Of a stretch of DNA of 64,000 nucleotides, positions 26,101 to 39,200 are shown piece after piece (position 1 is the stretch's first letter; each line of letters begins with the position of its first letter). The notes beneath the pieces were generated by a model that was not told the origin of the DNA, searched no databases, and saw only the letters and a program-made list of their open reading frames with translations. Source of the DNA: Acanthaster planci (taxonomy: Eukaryota). The DNA is taken from positions 646,938 to 710,937 of the forward strand of contig NW_019091356.1 of the NCBI RefSeq assembly GCF_001949145.1. The letters are read 5' to 3'. The position numbers were made by a program, and so were the translations under genes.

Positions 26101-29100
26101 CAAAAGAGGTAACGATGGCAACAACNTCCCCCCCCCCTCATAGCACCTCATACATGTATTTATGCTGTAGAATTTATATTTGTAAGTTTGTTTTCTTGGG
26201 TCGTGACAGAACTTAACAAGAATGACTTGCTGGCTAGGTTAATACCATCAGCATTGATGAAATGAAACAGTTACTGAGCATGTTCAAACAAAATAAAAGA
26301 GGTAACCGTGACAACATATGTCCATTGCCTTTGCTGAAATAGATATCTCTGCAAGTCTGCTATACTCACCCTCAGTCACTCTTTGTTAAGGATCCTGTTC
26401 CATACTGACATTGATCAAAATTACTATCAAGCATTAACAGTGACACAAAGCAACTTTAAAATGATAGAATTTGCCTGCTTGCCACAAACACAGCAGGTGC
26501 ATGTTACCATCATCAATTTATACAGCATTTCTCGTTCAGTTTTTCCCCTCTCTTCATCTTAAACAGAAGAAAAAATTGTGCGTTTATGATCACTGTCATT
26601 TATTTCATGCCACTGCATCCCAAAACTGCTCTGTTTTTGCAGACATACGTATATATAAATAATCGCATTTAACACTTAAGAAGTGTTTCTACAAAAACTT
26701 AACATAATTCTGGAAGAATCCACTCCGTACTGTTCCACAGTTTGGTTTATTCCATTTTCCATTTGAGCGACCCTCAGATCTTTTTCAATTATTTCATACC
26801 AATATGAAAAACTGCCAATTGCAGAGGTCACATTTTTTTGAAGATTATGATTCAGGAGATCAAGACGATGATGGTGAAGATGACAACAGTGGTGACAAAA
26901 AGGAAGGTCAGGTTGGTGATGGGGAGACTGAAGATGGTGATGATGATGGCAATGAAAGTGGTGAAGTGGAGGGCTTTCTACAAGGCATCAGTGTGGAGGA
27001 ATTGAAGGAGCTTATTGAAATAATTCAACAGAAGAAACAAGGTACATTTATCAAAGGGCACAAGAACCCTGCTTGTCATTAACAAACATTCTTTTAGAGT
27101 CAAATAATTTTGACTCTAAAAGAATTAAAAGAAAGACTCTGAAAGAATTTACTTCTAATTTTAATGCAGAAGAAAAACAAGCCCAATTTTGACTCTAAAA
27201 GAATTAAAAGAAAGACTCTGAAAGAATTTACTTCTAATTTTAATGCAGAAGAAAAACAAGCCCAAAAAACAAAAAAAAAGATGTTTTGCCATGAACCTAA
27301 ATTTTCTCAATGTGAGAAATGTTGTTTCAGATATTTCATGATTTTTTTTCATGAATTTGGGTCTCAATGACTACTTTAACCAGTGGCATAACTAAGAGGG
27401 ACATGAGGGCACAGACCACTCCCACTGTCCGAGGTCACTGTTCCCCCCCCCCCGCTGAGGAACTAGAGAAGGAAAAAAAATCTGATGACAGTCCACCTTA
27501 ATTGGTCAGTGTTTTAACTGTGACAGAACCTACGAAGTGCCTCTCTAGAAAATAAGGACCCCACTTGTGCCCCCTGTAATGTACCCGTTAATGCTTCTGG
27601 CTTTAACCATCCAGTTGATTCTGTAGAACCTTACTGGTGCACTGTAATTCAAATTGTTTGTCTCCAATGATCATAGATGGAGAGTTAACAGCAGAGGATA
27701 TGGGTAAGGTAGTGTATTACCTTATGACTCATCTAACCACTGAGGATCTGCAGGTCATGTTGGATGCATTGAGAGCCAAGAACCAAGGTACTGAAATAGA
27801 TGTAGGGCAGGCTTTTATTTGTCTTATCTAGTCAATGAGAGAGGCACTTCTGTTGGGAATTCAACTTCTCAAGTATTTGATAGCACCTCATCATGAGCGT
27901 TGCACTGTGCAGGAAGGGGTACGTGTCTGTCCCTGTCCCCCTTTTTGAAGTGGGTGGGGGTATCGTATCATTTGTTCCCTCGCTGTTTGTTGCTAAATCA
28001 AAAGTATTAGCATTACATTGGAATCCACAGCTCAAGGTAGCTGATACCTACAAACTTGAGAAAATTATGTCCAAAATTGCTCAAAACTTTTAGGAAAGTG
28101 GTCAGAAATTGTCATAGATTGCACCACAAAGCATCTTGCATCAAAAATTCTTACCGCTGTTAAGGGCTTTGTGATTTGCACTCGCATTCGTTTAGTTCTT
28201 GATACTACGTCCCCTCACTTTTAAAAATTGTTTGATGCCCTTGGTAGTAGCCTACTCAACCATTGCCAAAATAAATTAAAGGTAGCAGGTTTTTTATTTA
28301 GTGTATATTTGTGTGAATGTTTCCAAAGTCTTTAAAGACTTTGGGCCTTATGGTGATGTTTTTGAAGCAGAAGAAGATGAAGGCGACGAAATGACAGATG
28401 AAGAATTGGGACAGGCTATTAAAGATCTTGTCAGCCACATCAGTACTGATCAACTGAAAAGAATTCTGCTTGCCATCAGGGCCAGAAAGCAAGGTATGCA
28501 ACGTACAAAATATAAGGAGTGAACTACAACAATGTTCCAACATTGGTATAAAAGTCTTTCAATTGACCTTTTTTATTGTCTTAATTTATTTGTTAATTTA
28601 TTTTGTCAAGAATTAGATGCAAGCTCAGAAGAACCAACGGAGTCAGTCAGTAGTGAAGATGGACTCAGTGACAGAGGTGTGTTTTGACATATTGTAACAA
28701 TTTACTGTCAACAGTGAACATTGTAAAGGCACAGGATTGTTTTTGAAACTTTTTTCCATTCCTTAAAGAACTTAAGCCACATCTGAGTGAGGAAGAAGTC
28801 ATGCAGGCCTTGATGAATTTCCTTGCTGGACTGAGTGACGAAGATTTACAGAACACCATCCTGGCTGTCAAGAGGAAGAAAACGGGTAAGGAATAATAAC
28901 AAGAAAGGACAAATGGAAAAACAGGCCTACAGAGATAAACCTGACTTACAGTACAATGAACATCAGTTAAGATCTATAATTGGTTATAAAGATGAAAAAA
29001 GAAATTGACTGGAGCGGGATTTGAACCTACGACCTCTGGAACACCATACCAGTGCACTACCAACTGAGCTGTCCAGCCCTATATAGTTTTTTTCAATTAA

Positions 29101-30437
29101 GATCTAGTAATTTGGGTATCATTGTTTGGGAGCTGACTGATTATTATGGACCGAAAATAGACCTGAAACAAAAGTACTGTTTAGTTTGACAAACAGAAAT
29201 GTCCTCCCAAGATGCAAATCACCTCCACTCCTCTAAGAATGTCACTTAGGCCTACCACAGGTTCTTGGTGATATTTTTGTGTCTTCAGCAATGAAGCACG
29301 CTGTAGGTGATGTAGCAGGAGAGTACCTACAAGGAGACAAGGATGAAGATGACGACGATGACGATGATGACACCAGTGATGATCTGGGACCCTGTGCTGA
29401 AGAGAAACAAGACATCTTGGACAAAATTGAGGACGCCAGACTGGCCAACAAACATAGTGTGGTTGGAGAGGTGCCAAACTGTGATGGGAATGGTTTCTAT
29501 GCACCCAAACAGTGTTCAGGATCTATGTAAGTCTAGTACTGGTATCCAAGGATTCAAACAAGTGATGTTTGATGATTCATTCAAGTTAAATCTAAACTTT
29601 GATTTATTTCTGTTATCCCTTGGAAACTTGTTAGCTCATCTGAGTTGCAGCAAGAATTAGTCAAATATTTCTTGACTTTTTTTAACATTTAGCCATGTAT
29701 GAAGATGGAAACAGATTTTTTTCCTATCCTGTATAGCAACTGAATCTCACACGTAGCGATTTGGAGTCTATAATTCCTGGAATAATGCACAGAAGTTGTG
29801 CGTCCCGCTTATTTTCAATTGAATCATGACAAATAAGTGGAGTGTTGGTATACTAGTGTGGCTTGTGTGTTAGAGTCAGAGCATGAGTCTTGTTTTTGTT
29901 TGATTTTCCATACAGATGCTATTGTGTGGACAAACATGGAACAGTTACAAAGGGAGAAGCAACGCTTTGGGAGGCTGCATCATTGGTATGCAGTCAAGAG
30001 AATGGTAAGGTTATCAATATCATATGTTTCTCATCTTGGAGCAAAGATGTAATTATTTGCCTGCACTAGAATGATTTAAATCCAAAGATATAATCGACCA
30101 AGATTTTTCCTTTTGATAGCCATTGAAATCTGGGAGCAAGTGATGCACCATAGTTAAAAAAAATATTGATGCTCAAGGCTTGTAACTCAAAATTATTCTG
30201 TTTTGTTCAATATTGGTAGATAATCCAGCAGATACAAGCAGTGATGAGTCTGATGATTCTGAAAAGGAGTCGTCCTCATTAGACTCCACTGATGAGGAAG
30301 ATGATGATGACAATGGTGACGAAGAAGCAGATGATGAAGAGGAGGCAAAGTTGGAACAGGTAGAGCGAGACCTCCTCGACATGCTGAAGGAACAAAAACG
30401 CCACCAAATGACCAAGAATGAGGGACTTAACATGTGA
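23151..30437 (+). CDS. Secreted acidic protein (about 560-600 aa) with helix-pair repeats, dibasic sites and a thyroglobulin type-1 domain
   Basis: Signal peptide MECLRGFHVLLFCTAFFIVSS|APVG. GT-AG exons: 23151-23226, 23641-23687, 23889-23906, 24376-24396, 24651-24764, 25231-25279, 25395-25496, 26001-26108, (26210-26301, frameshifted), 26844-27041, 27677-27787, 28371-28493, 28611-28676, 28769-28885, 29289-29526, 29916-30004, 30220-30437. All phases are consistent when the bracketed exon is skipped. Tg-1 motif GPC...VPNCDGNGFYAPKQCSGSICYCVDKHG...C. Confidence 0.85.
27106..27263. repeat. Perfect tandem duplication of about 79 bp
   Basis: aattttgactctaaaagaattaaaagaaagactctg...aaacaagccc, two copies. 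Confidence 0.9.
27381..27599. mobile_element. Degenerate hAT-type MITE
   Basis: Ends cagtggcataac ... gttaatgcttctg; flanks actttaac/gctttaac (7/8 identical, 8-bp TSD). A related cagtggtgtaactac end occurs near 24898. Confidence 0.55.
29006..29078 (-). pseudogene. tRNA-derived element (tRNA pseudogene or SINE head)
   Basis: 73-nt cloverleaf GGCTGGA-CA-GCTC-AGTTGGTA-GTGC-A-CTGGT-ATGGTGT-TCCAG-AGGTC-GTAGG-TTCAAAT-CCCGC-TCCAGTC-A with A and B boxes and a downstream T run. U8 is missing and the D, anticodon and T stems each carry a mismatch. Confidence 0.8.
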
Positions 30438-30979
30438 AAATGATTACCACATTGTGGGCACCTTGCATAAACCAGTGCATTTAGCTATATAGTTCATTGC
30501 TGTATAGTGACCCAAACCACAGGTGATCAGTTTTCTGGCTGATCACATTTTTTGTATATTTTGCAGTTTGTTTAAACACGAGAATGTTAGCATACCATTT
30601 TTTTGGCAGTATATTATGGTGACATGCTTTGAATCTAATACAAAATTAAATCTTTGTATGCATCACAATAAGGTGATTAAAATTAATGTCAGGAGCAACG
30701 TACAACAAAAAAAGCATTTTGCTGAGCGAAGCCAAGTAGTTTTGGTTTTCAAAAATTACTGACAATGTGCATAGTTTAATACCTGCAGTGCACCTGAAGA
30801 CAAATGTATTGGTTGAAACTGCATTAGTTGTTATAGTGCTCCCATGGTTAGATTTGTTTGGTCAGCATTTGTAGAGGTATTTGTAGTCTGTATATAGTGT
30901 GTTGTACATAGCTCAACATGACAGAGCAATACTAAAAGGTTTCACGATGGGTAATTTTGCTGGGCACAAAAAATAACTT

Positions 30980-31249
30980 NNNNNNNNNNNNNNNNNNNNN
31001 NNNNNNNNNNNNNNNNNNNNNNNNNNNNNNNNNNNNNNNNNNNNNNNNNNNNNNNNNNNNNNNNNNNNNNNNNNNNNNNNNNNNNNNNNNNNNNNNNNNN
31101 NNNNNNNNNNNNNNNNNNNNNNNNNNNNNNNNNNNNNNNNNNNNNNNNNNNNNNNNNNNNNNNNNNNNNNNNNNNNNNNNNNNNNNNNNNNNNNNNNNNN
31201 NNNNNNNNNNNNNNNNNNNNNNNNNNNNNNNNNNNNNNNNNNNNNNNNN
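30980..31249. other. Assembly gap (270 N)
   Basis: Run of n characters. Confidence 1.
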
Positions 31250-33265
31250 AGATGTAAAGAAATAGAAGTTTTTATGATTCAAATTAAACATAGGTCAGTA
31301 ATAAAAGGTCAATTTGATTCCGAGGGACAATTTTCTTGTCAAATAAGAATAAAAGCAGGTTTAGAAAGTCTTACCTTGTCCAATTTTCTTAAGTACAGTG
31401 ATGTCTACAGGATCTTCATGCTCAATTCAGCTTTTCCTATTCTAAGCCAAACCTTGAGCTTTGATAAATCCACAGTTCTCTTATTTCTATGCAGGTCTTA
31501 CAGGGAATAAAATCATAGAATGGATGAAATTGCAATTTATGTTGTTGATTTTTAAAAAATGAGTTTTCACATCAGTGGATTTTTTTCCCAGGTCTTCATG
31601 TTTCTCAGTTTATGACTTGCTCTTAAAATTAAAATAGACTACTGCAAATTTCAAAAGCATTGTGAGAATATGAGAATTGTGTGAATTAATAGTGTTCTGA
31701 TAATATTCAGGACCAGCAGTAGCTCGTGGCCTTTTAAGACTAATTCTTGTCAAAATTGTAAATCATCAAACCCCGAAGATTTACACTCGGACAATATTCA
31801 CAATCACAAGAGCTAGAGCCAATTTCACTTACAATGGTAATCCAAATAATGCTGAATATTCAACGAGTTCTTAAAAATAATTAACTAAATAAACAGGGAA
31901 ACTGAGACCAAATAAAATGGACACATTATCACCTAGCAAATTTATTTTACCTTGAACTCAAATAAACCAAAATCAGAACAAAATGTCTCACACAGACAAA
32001 TCTTAAAACACCCCCTCACAAAAATAGAACCAATTGTGTGGTTTTTAAGTTAAATAACCACAAAAATAGATGAAACTCTGCATTTTCATGATAGATACAA
32101 GTGTATCATCTATCGTAGAAAATGGGTTATTAAACTTGCTAGACACATAACAGAAGTTGCAGAAATTAATGAAGAGATGATGTAACACAAAAAAATCCAC
32201 AGACAATAAAACTGAGTTAATGATATGGAACTTCATCCGCCCCCCAACTAGCAAAGATCAAAACAGGCAGTAACAACACGGTGAGAGGTTGTGTTAGTCT
32301 CTACAATAGATAACATAAGGCAACAGGCCAGAACAGGTCAGTCAAAGAAAAATGATGGTTTGTGAAATAAGTTTAATCTCTTCTCAAGTCAATTCAATTA
32401 TGAACTTATTTTGAAAAGCAATGGCGTAAATTACAGCTGAATTGACACCTAAAAAATCAAATTATCAATCACGCCTCTCCCCCCTCCCACAAAAAATGGA
32501 GAACGATATTTTTAAAAGGGCACCAATCCACTGAACATTCAAACACAAATGTGCATCAAAGAAATGGCAAATATGAGCTGGAGATGAAATTACCTCATAC
32601 TGGTAACTATCTGCAAACTTCCATCTCATCTGACTTCACTTGTGATTCAAATTGGTACAAAGAAAATGGAAGTACACTGTTTTGATGTTAATATTAGAAA
32701 AAAAAATGCCTGCCATGTTAAGATTTAATTCTTAATGGGGGACTAAAAGTTTCTTAATACAGGTTCCTTAAGACACTACAAACAATATCATCGATACTTT
32801 AAAAATACTATCAAAATAAGTACCCACACTAACAATTCTGAGTATTTATGTAGGCAAATTTCCTTGCACATTTTTCCATCATCACCCAAAACAAGGCCTC
32901 TGATATTTTTAAGAAGAAAGCATTACGGGAAAAGCAACTTCATCGGGTTCAGTTCTAACCTCCAGCCAAACTCAAAATACTCAAAATACTTAGAAAGGAA
33001 TGTGGTTGGTTCCAAGTGCAGTCCATCCAAAAATATGCATACAAATTTACTCTATGAACTGTAAACTAAAGTATCATTAAAAACAGGAGGGGTAGTTTAA
33101 ACAAAAGTATCACATATACACCACTATTGAGAGATCTTTTACAGAGACAAATATTGCATAATTAACCATTATTGTCTACAACTACTGTAGCCCCAAGAGC
33201 CATTTCTAAATTTCTTTTCCAGTCATAAGCTGTCTTGTCTGAGAGGTAGGGAACTGGGCGTTGAC

Positions 33266-36200
33266 CTAGTCATCCTCGTCAGACTCTAAACAATGACAGA
33301 AGATATAAAAAAGATGATATCACCTGCTTGGAGATTAGTAACGTCTAGTATCAATCCATGAGATTGATTACAGAATGCAAGGTTATATAAATCCCAATCT
33401 TCTCTCTACTAATCATGATGAAATACCACACAGCAACGCAATGGAGGTAGAAATTGTGGGTGGTCTTTTCAATTAAATCCTGGTGAGTTGTGCTTGTAAA
33501 CTCTGACTCTGAAATAGTCTATCTGGGGCAAAAAAACCTTCTGCTTCTAGTTTACCAACCATTCCAAATTTTTGGCATAACCCTAGAATTTTTATCAGAA
33601 AGTTAGAGAAAGGAAAATAAAAAAAAATCCTGTTGTGTTTTCTGTTTTCACAAAACACCTCTCAATTGTTTTTCACGTCCAAATGCTTGTATTTCCATGT
33701 TTTCCTACTTACATTCGCAACTGTTGAAAAAACTTCTGTTATATCCACAAGTTCCCTCGCATTTCACTATCCAATAGTAAACACACATGCGCACTGATTT
33801 TCAATGCACTGAAGCAATGCCACACTGGTTTCCACTGTACCATTGACAAAAAGGTTGATGGAAATGCAGCAACCAGTCTATGCATCCTGTCGCAGTACAA
33901 GGTTTGTCATCCACCCCTCTAGATGCACCACGCATGCTAATCATCGACTGTAAGTATTTGCCCATTGATTAAGGCAAGTTTTCATCATTTTTGGTGGCAA
34001 TTTTGGCTGCTTTTTATCCCATCAATTAGCACAAATACTGACTCTCTACCCCAATATTCCTGACCTATCAACCCAATTTTTGAGAGGCACGTAATCGGAA
34101 GCAGAACTTTTAGGGGGACTCACTCTCTATAAACATATGGTCCAAGGTGTCTATATCGTAAGTTTCTTGAGCTTTGTCAATGGCAATAATGTATTTACTC
34201 TGAAGAGTTTAAAGCTGTAAGGTACTAAACACAAGAAAATCAGTGCACCAAAATAGTCGAACTTGACTCCTAAAGAGCATGTGTCAAACACAGAAGGCAC
34301 AGGTCAGCCACAAGGGCACAGGTCAACCATTAAGGGCATAGGTCAACCACAAATGGCATACGTCAACCCAAAAAGGCGTAGGTCAACCAAAAAAAGGCAT
34401 GGGTCAACCACAAAGGGCATAGGTCCATTGCAAAGGAAAATGGTCAATCACTCATGGATTGAGTTACATTCATAAGACTATCTCGTCAGAATAATTCACC
34501 ACAAATAATGATTTACGACCCAAACTTACAGTACTTGAATTACAAACTGCGGGCAGAACACAAGTTAAAGGTCAAATTAGCACCTACCTTCCTCGGCATT
34601 CTCCAGCCATTCCACAAACTGCTGAAGGTGATTCAAGAAGACACTCTTGCCTTTGCCAACGTGGATCTCCTTGTTCCATTTCAAGATGGTCTCCTCCGAC
34701 AAAACATCAGCTACAAAATAAAAATACCGAGTACATGGAACTTGTCATTACTACTTTTAGTGCTAATTAACCCGTATTCATGAAAGCTGTGAACTTACAC
34801 TGAAACAGAAAATGTATCACTTGTTCAAATTAATAACTAGCTCTTCACACCTGAATCATTACAAGACATAAAAAAGAAAGCAGTTACAGTCGACTTTCGT
34901 TAATACGTTTTTGGGCCGGGTGTTTGGTTACGGAACACAATTTTAGTCTTGGGGAATTTTGGGGGGCGGGGAATCAAACAAAAGATTTTTTTTGTTCCCC
35001 ACTGTCCTAAGTACTGCAGCACTTTGGCTGCACTCACTTGTACTCAGGCGGTGCGAGAGCCGCCACACAGAATTTCTATGTTGGGTATGGGAACCACAAA
35101 TGCTTATTGTTCATCTCTCTTGCAGCAACGGACACAAACGGCTCGATTTGATGAGGGAAAACTGCAGCGCTATTCTACTGTACACGCATAAATTACGGAA
35201 GCGCCTTTCAAAATTGAATGGACTGGCTGATTGACAAGTTGCCTTCCAAAAAGCTTGCGCTCAATAGACAGATAACAATAGATTTGCACTCGACCACTGA
35301 CAAAAAAAAGCTCATCTTAACCGAAATCTTGTAACATCCGAGCTCGTATTACACATTTTTTCCCTCATAGGAATGTGCACAGTTCAGTCGGGACTGACAA
35401 ATACGCTCGTCTAAACCGGAGTCCCATCTTACCCGAGCTCGTATTACCGAGAGTCGACTGTATAAGAAATACCAGATGAATGAGAACAGAAGTGCTTGCA
35501 GGTTGAAGAACTGCTAGAAAGACTCACTTTTATAGAGAAGAACCACAATTTTCTGGAAGGTCTTCATGAAGCTGATGTTGGTGTAACAGTAATCCTGAGA
35601 AGGCATTTTGAAAAAGTGAGAGATGGTCGGCTACTCCTATAAATCCAATTACAAACACAGCTTCTCTAACTCCAAATATGGCCTGATGGTAGGATCAGTT
35701 TTGTGTGAAATAAAAACCCTTGGTTACTGAAAAAGGTTGTCCAGTCTGACAGAATGTTATTTGTCCCCAGTCAGAAAGACAATACTGACTTCATCGGAGG
35801 TGTCTTAAGCCAGCCTCAGGTCTATCGGGCTGAAACATCATTCTAGGGACAATAGGTCGAAAAGATAGCACACGCATATAAATAGGAAAAAAATGTGGAA
35901 ACACTGCTCAATTTACAAAGGATGAACCCTTAAAAGACAGGTTCTCAAAACTCAAAAATATTCTGATTCCTATATACGTCATTTGGGAAAAAAGAATATT
36001 TTAGGTGGAAGCAGAGCAATGTTACAACGGATTTTCTTTGTGCTACTCTTGGAAAAGTGACGAGACATTCTCATCACACAAATGGGCAAACGTTCTTAAA
36101 TTGGACCATCCAGTCGTTTTGAGCTGCCATCAATGGAGCAGCGTGCATTGTCAATACAACAGGCTGACGTATACAACAAAGACAGAGACTTGAAGAACAG

Positions 36201-39200
36201 GTGAATTGGAGGTGACTTGTAGCACTCACCTGGATTTCATAGAGAAGAGTCAATTCTGTGCTTGCCTGAGAAGTGAAGCCAGCAAGCAGAGGGGCGTAAG
36301 GCTACGTAAGGCAGAAAAACAGAAAGCATAGGAATTAACTCCCGCATAAACAATGGCACTGTATGAATTGAACTCGTGGCTTAAATGCACTTTTGCCCTG
36401 TTACAAATTCCGGTACAAATTGTTGAATTCTGAAAACCTGGGCAGGTTGTTGTTTGGCATTCTAATCACAACTATTCAACATATTCAGAACATATCTTCT
36501 TGTGACATACTAGGATGAAAACTGTTCTGGTGTGCGACACAAATTGTGGAAGTTGGTGGGCAAAGGTTACAAGTGGCAAGCATACCTTGATGTGTCTCAA
36601 CGCCTGGTCAGTAATCAACTCTTCCTTCTTGTTCCATTCTACTATGTCCATGATACAGTTCCAGATCTGACACAAAACACAGGTTTTAATCTTAACAACA
36701 CATTCAGTATTTCAACTACATTACCATTTAACTCCTCAACCCTAAAAAAGCTGGGTTATTTTGGGCCATCTCACAGCCCAGGGTAGCAGATTCCGGCCCC
36801 TCCCTGAAAACTTGGTTGTTCCGTTCCCACTTTTTTTCAAACTTGCCATGCATGTAGAACACTCCTTATCAGTATAAATGTAAAGTTTCAATTTAATCCA
36901 ATACAGTCACGTAAAGCTCAAGGCCACATGCATGCTAGCCGGCATGCACTGAGCACAGCAGTGGTTAAGGTATACATTTCCCCCCCCCCTGTCTTGGAAA
37001 AATGGGCAGTAAACGAGAATGGTAGAATTGATTATCACAGAAGTGGAGTCATAATGACTGCAAAGAGTTACTGAAAATACTTGTAGAGGTTTAGCTCATG
37101 AAAAACTAACACTGCAGCAATATCAGAAGAAACAGGAAGGAGGGGAAGTTCCCTTCTGCTCTTTAAGGGTCAACTGCATATAGATTTGGTAAAAGTTTCT
37201 TGGTATAAATGTCACTGACAGTTTCTGACTGATGCTTTCCTTCTGTCCCGAGTCAGTAAGATTTTGACTTCAGTGCTGGTGTCTTAAGCCAACATCAGAA
37301 GTCTATCGGGTAAATAACATCATTCTCAGGGCAGCACGTCTTCAGTTGTTTCAAAAAGTGGCTTACAATTTTTATTAAAGACCAACTCCAACGGTTTTAA
37401 AAGTTTTGGAAATAAACTATTATTGTATTTAGTGTGTAATAAATCATATATTCATTACCAAATCATGTCTGTATTGCATCTGTATTTTTGGTAATTTTGC
37501 TGAAACTTGGAATTCAGTGTATTCAAGTTTTATGAAAACTTTCCATAATCTGACCACTGGTTGTTGAGAAACAAAATTTGTAAAATGTAATACGCACAGA
37601 AAATTCTGCAAAAGAACTAGGACTGAAATTCTTTTGAGTTTCCAAAGAATGAGAGTATTCTTCAAGTTTATGCTGCCCTCTGTGGCTATGCATTCCTAAT
37701 GTGCATGCACTGTATTTCCTCTCCATGGTAATGCATCACAAAAATTAATATGCATTAGATGCTAATGAGTCGTGATGACACAACCATTTTTACAATACCA
37801 GGCTGGACTCGCAGGAGAAATGGGTATAAAAACTGTATTTATTAACACAAAAATGTGTATCGCAAGGGAGATATTGATATGTGCCACCTGTATTAGATTT
37901 GGCTTTTCTGAATTGGATTCAATGAGGAAAGTTAGCATAGTTGGAGTTGGGCTTCAAGGTTGTAGCCTTTTCGCACACACTTGTAACGCACGGCATTGTG
38001 TACCTTTAATTGGTTCCGTGGACTGTGTTTACATAAATTTAACAGATAAGGAACTGTAAAATAAACTTGTCATCAGGACTTAAGTATAAATGACCTAGGT
38101 CAGAGGAAAAATGTGTTCGTTCCTTACCAGTTTGACCACTTCAGGCTCAGAGAGTAATGTCTTGGTCTTCATCTCGGAGCAAATTCCTACCAACTATGAA
38201 AATGAGGCAAAAAAAAAGAAACTTATCCTTTAGCAAGAGGGAAAAGGACAAGAACTCTGCCCACATTTTTAACAACCAGCTGATTACCTCAAATGGAATG
38301 AACTTGTAAAATTCACAGTTTTATCTTAATTATCCCTAACCCCTAAGGTGTATGTAAAATCTGATTGAAATTGGCAGACTGCAGACTGTTAAGCGTTACT
38401 AAATCATAATGAAGGTTTTAATAAACACCACCTTGAATATGATCTTGTAAATAAATATAAATCTTCCATTTGAAGCACTACACTCCCTTGTCAAAGTTTA
38501 CCTCTTTGGCGGTAGGAGGGTTTTCTTTCTCCATCAGTTCTTTCAGCTCAGTCATGAAGGAGTTCTTATTGTCATCATGTAACATATTCCTCTGGAAGGT
38601 GACAAGCTGATCTAACCCCGCCTCGTTGAAACATTTCTCAAAGTATTCTTCAGACCTCTTAGTACTAGGGATAACCTCCTACAAATCAAGCAGAAGACAC
38701 CGACAAAGAAATCATAAGACAGACTTCTAATACTTTTAATCTTTTTTTCTGCATCACATGCTTCACAGTTATACACAGTTGAATTCCAATATGTGACGGT
38801 CTCCGCAAAAATGGGTATTATGAGACTTTTTTTTTTAAATTAGTTACATACACATTTGAATTGGTTACATTATAAGCTCTTACTTTAGTGTAAGTTTGAA
38901 TCCTGTGGCCTGTTGCAATCTGGAGATATCCTGATTTTTGCATAATTATATCATACACAGTGATGGCGTAATGTTGGGGGGTTTCTTCCCCCAAACTGAC
39001 AGAGTCAAACAAAAGACAAATAAAATGGACACAAATCTTTCATTTTTTTTTACCTTTATTCATCAATATTATTATTTCTGGTAATAAATTATGAAGATAT
39101 TGATTTAATACAAGCCAATAAACCAAGAAGTAAACAGTTACATTTTTCATCTGGTTTTCACCCTCTCTACGTAGAACAAGCCTTGGCAAGAAATAGCAGT

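Noticed and set aside
29006..29078. Functional tRNA-Thr(GGT) gene
   Set aside because: Lacks U8, has mismatches in three stems, and is flanked by a TSD
30932..31291. ORFs spanning X runs
   Set aside because: Artefacts of the N gap
33790..33992. Perfect box C plus hairpins in the last BZW intron
   Set aside because: No suitably placed box D or ACA box; cannot be assigned without a covariance search
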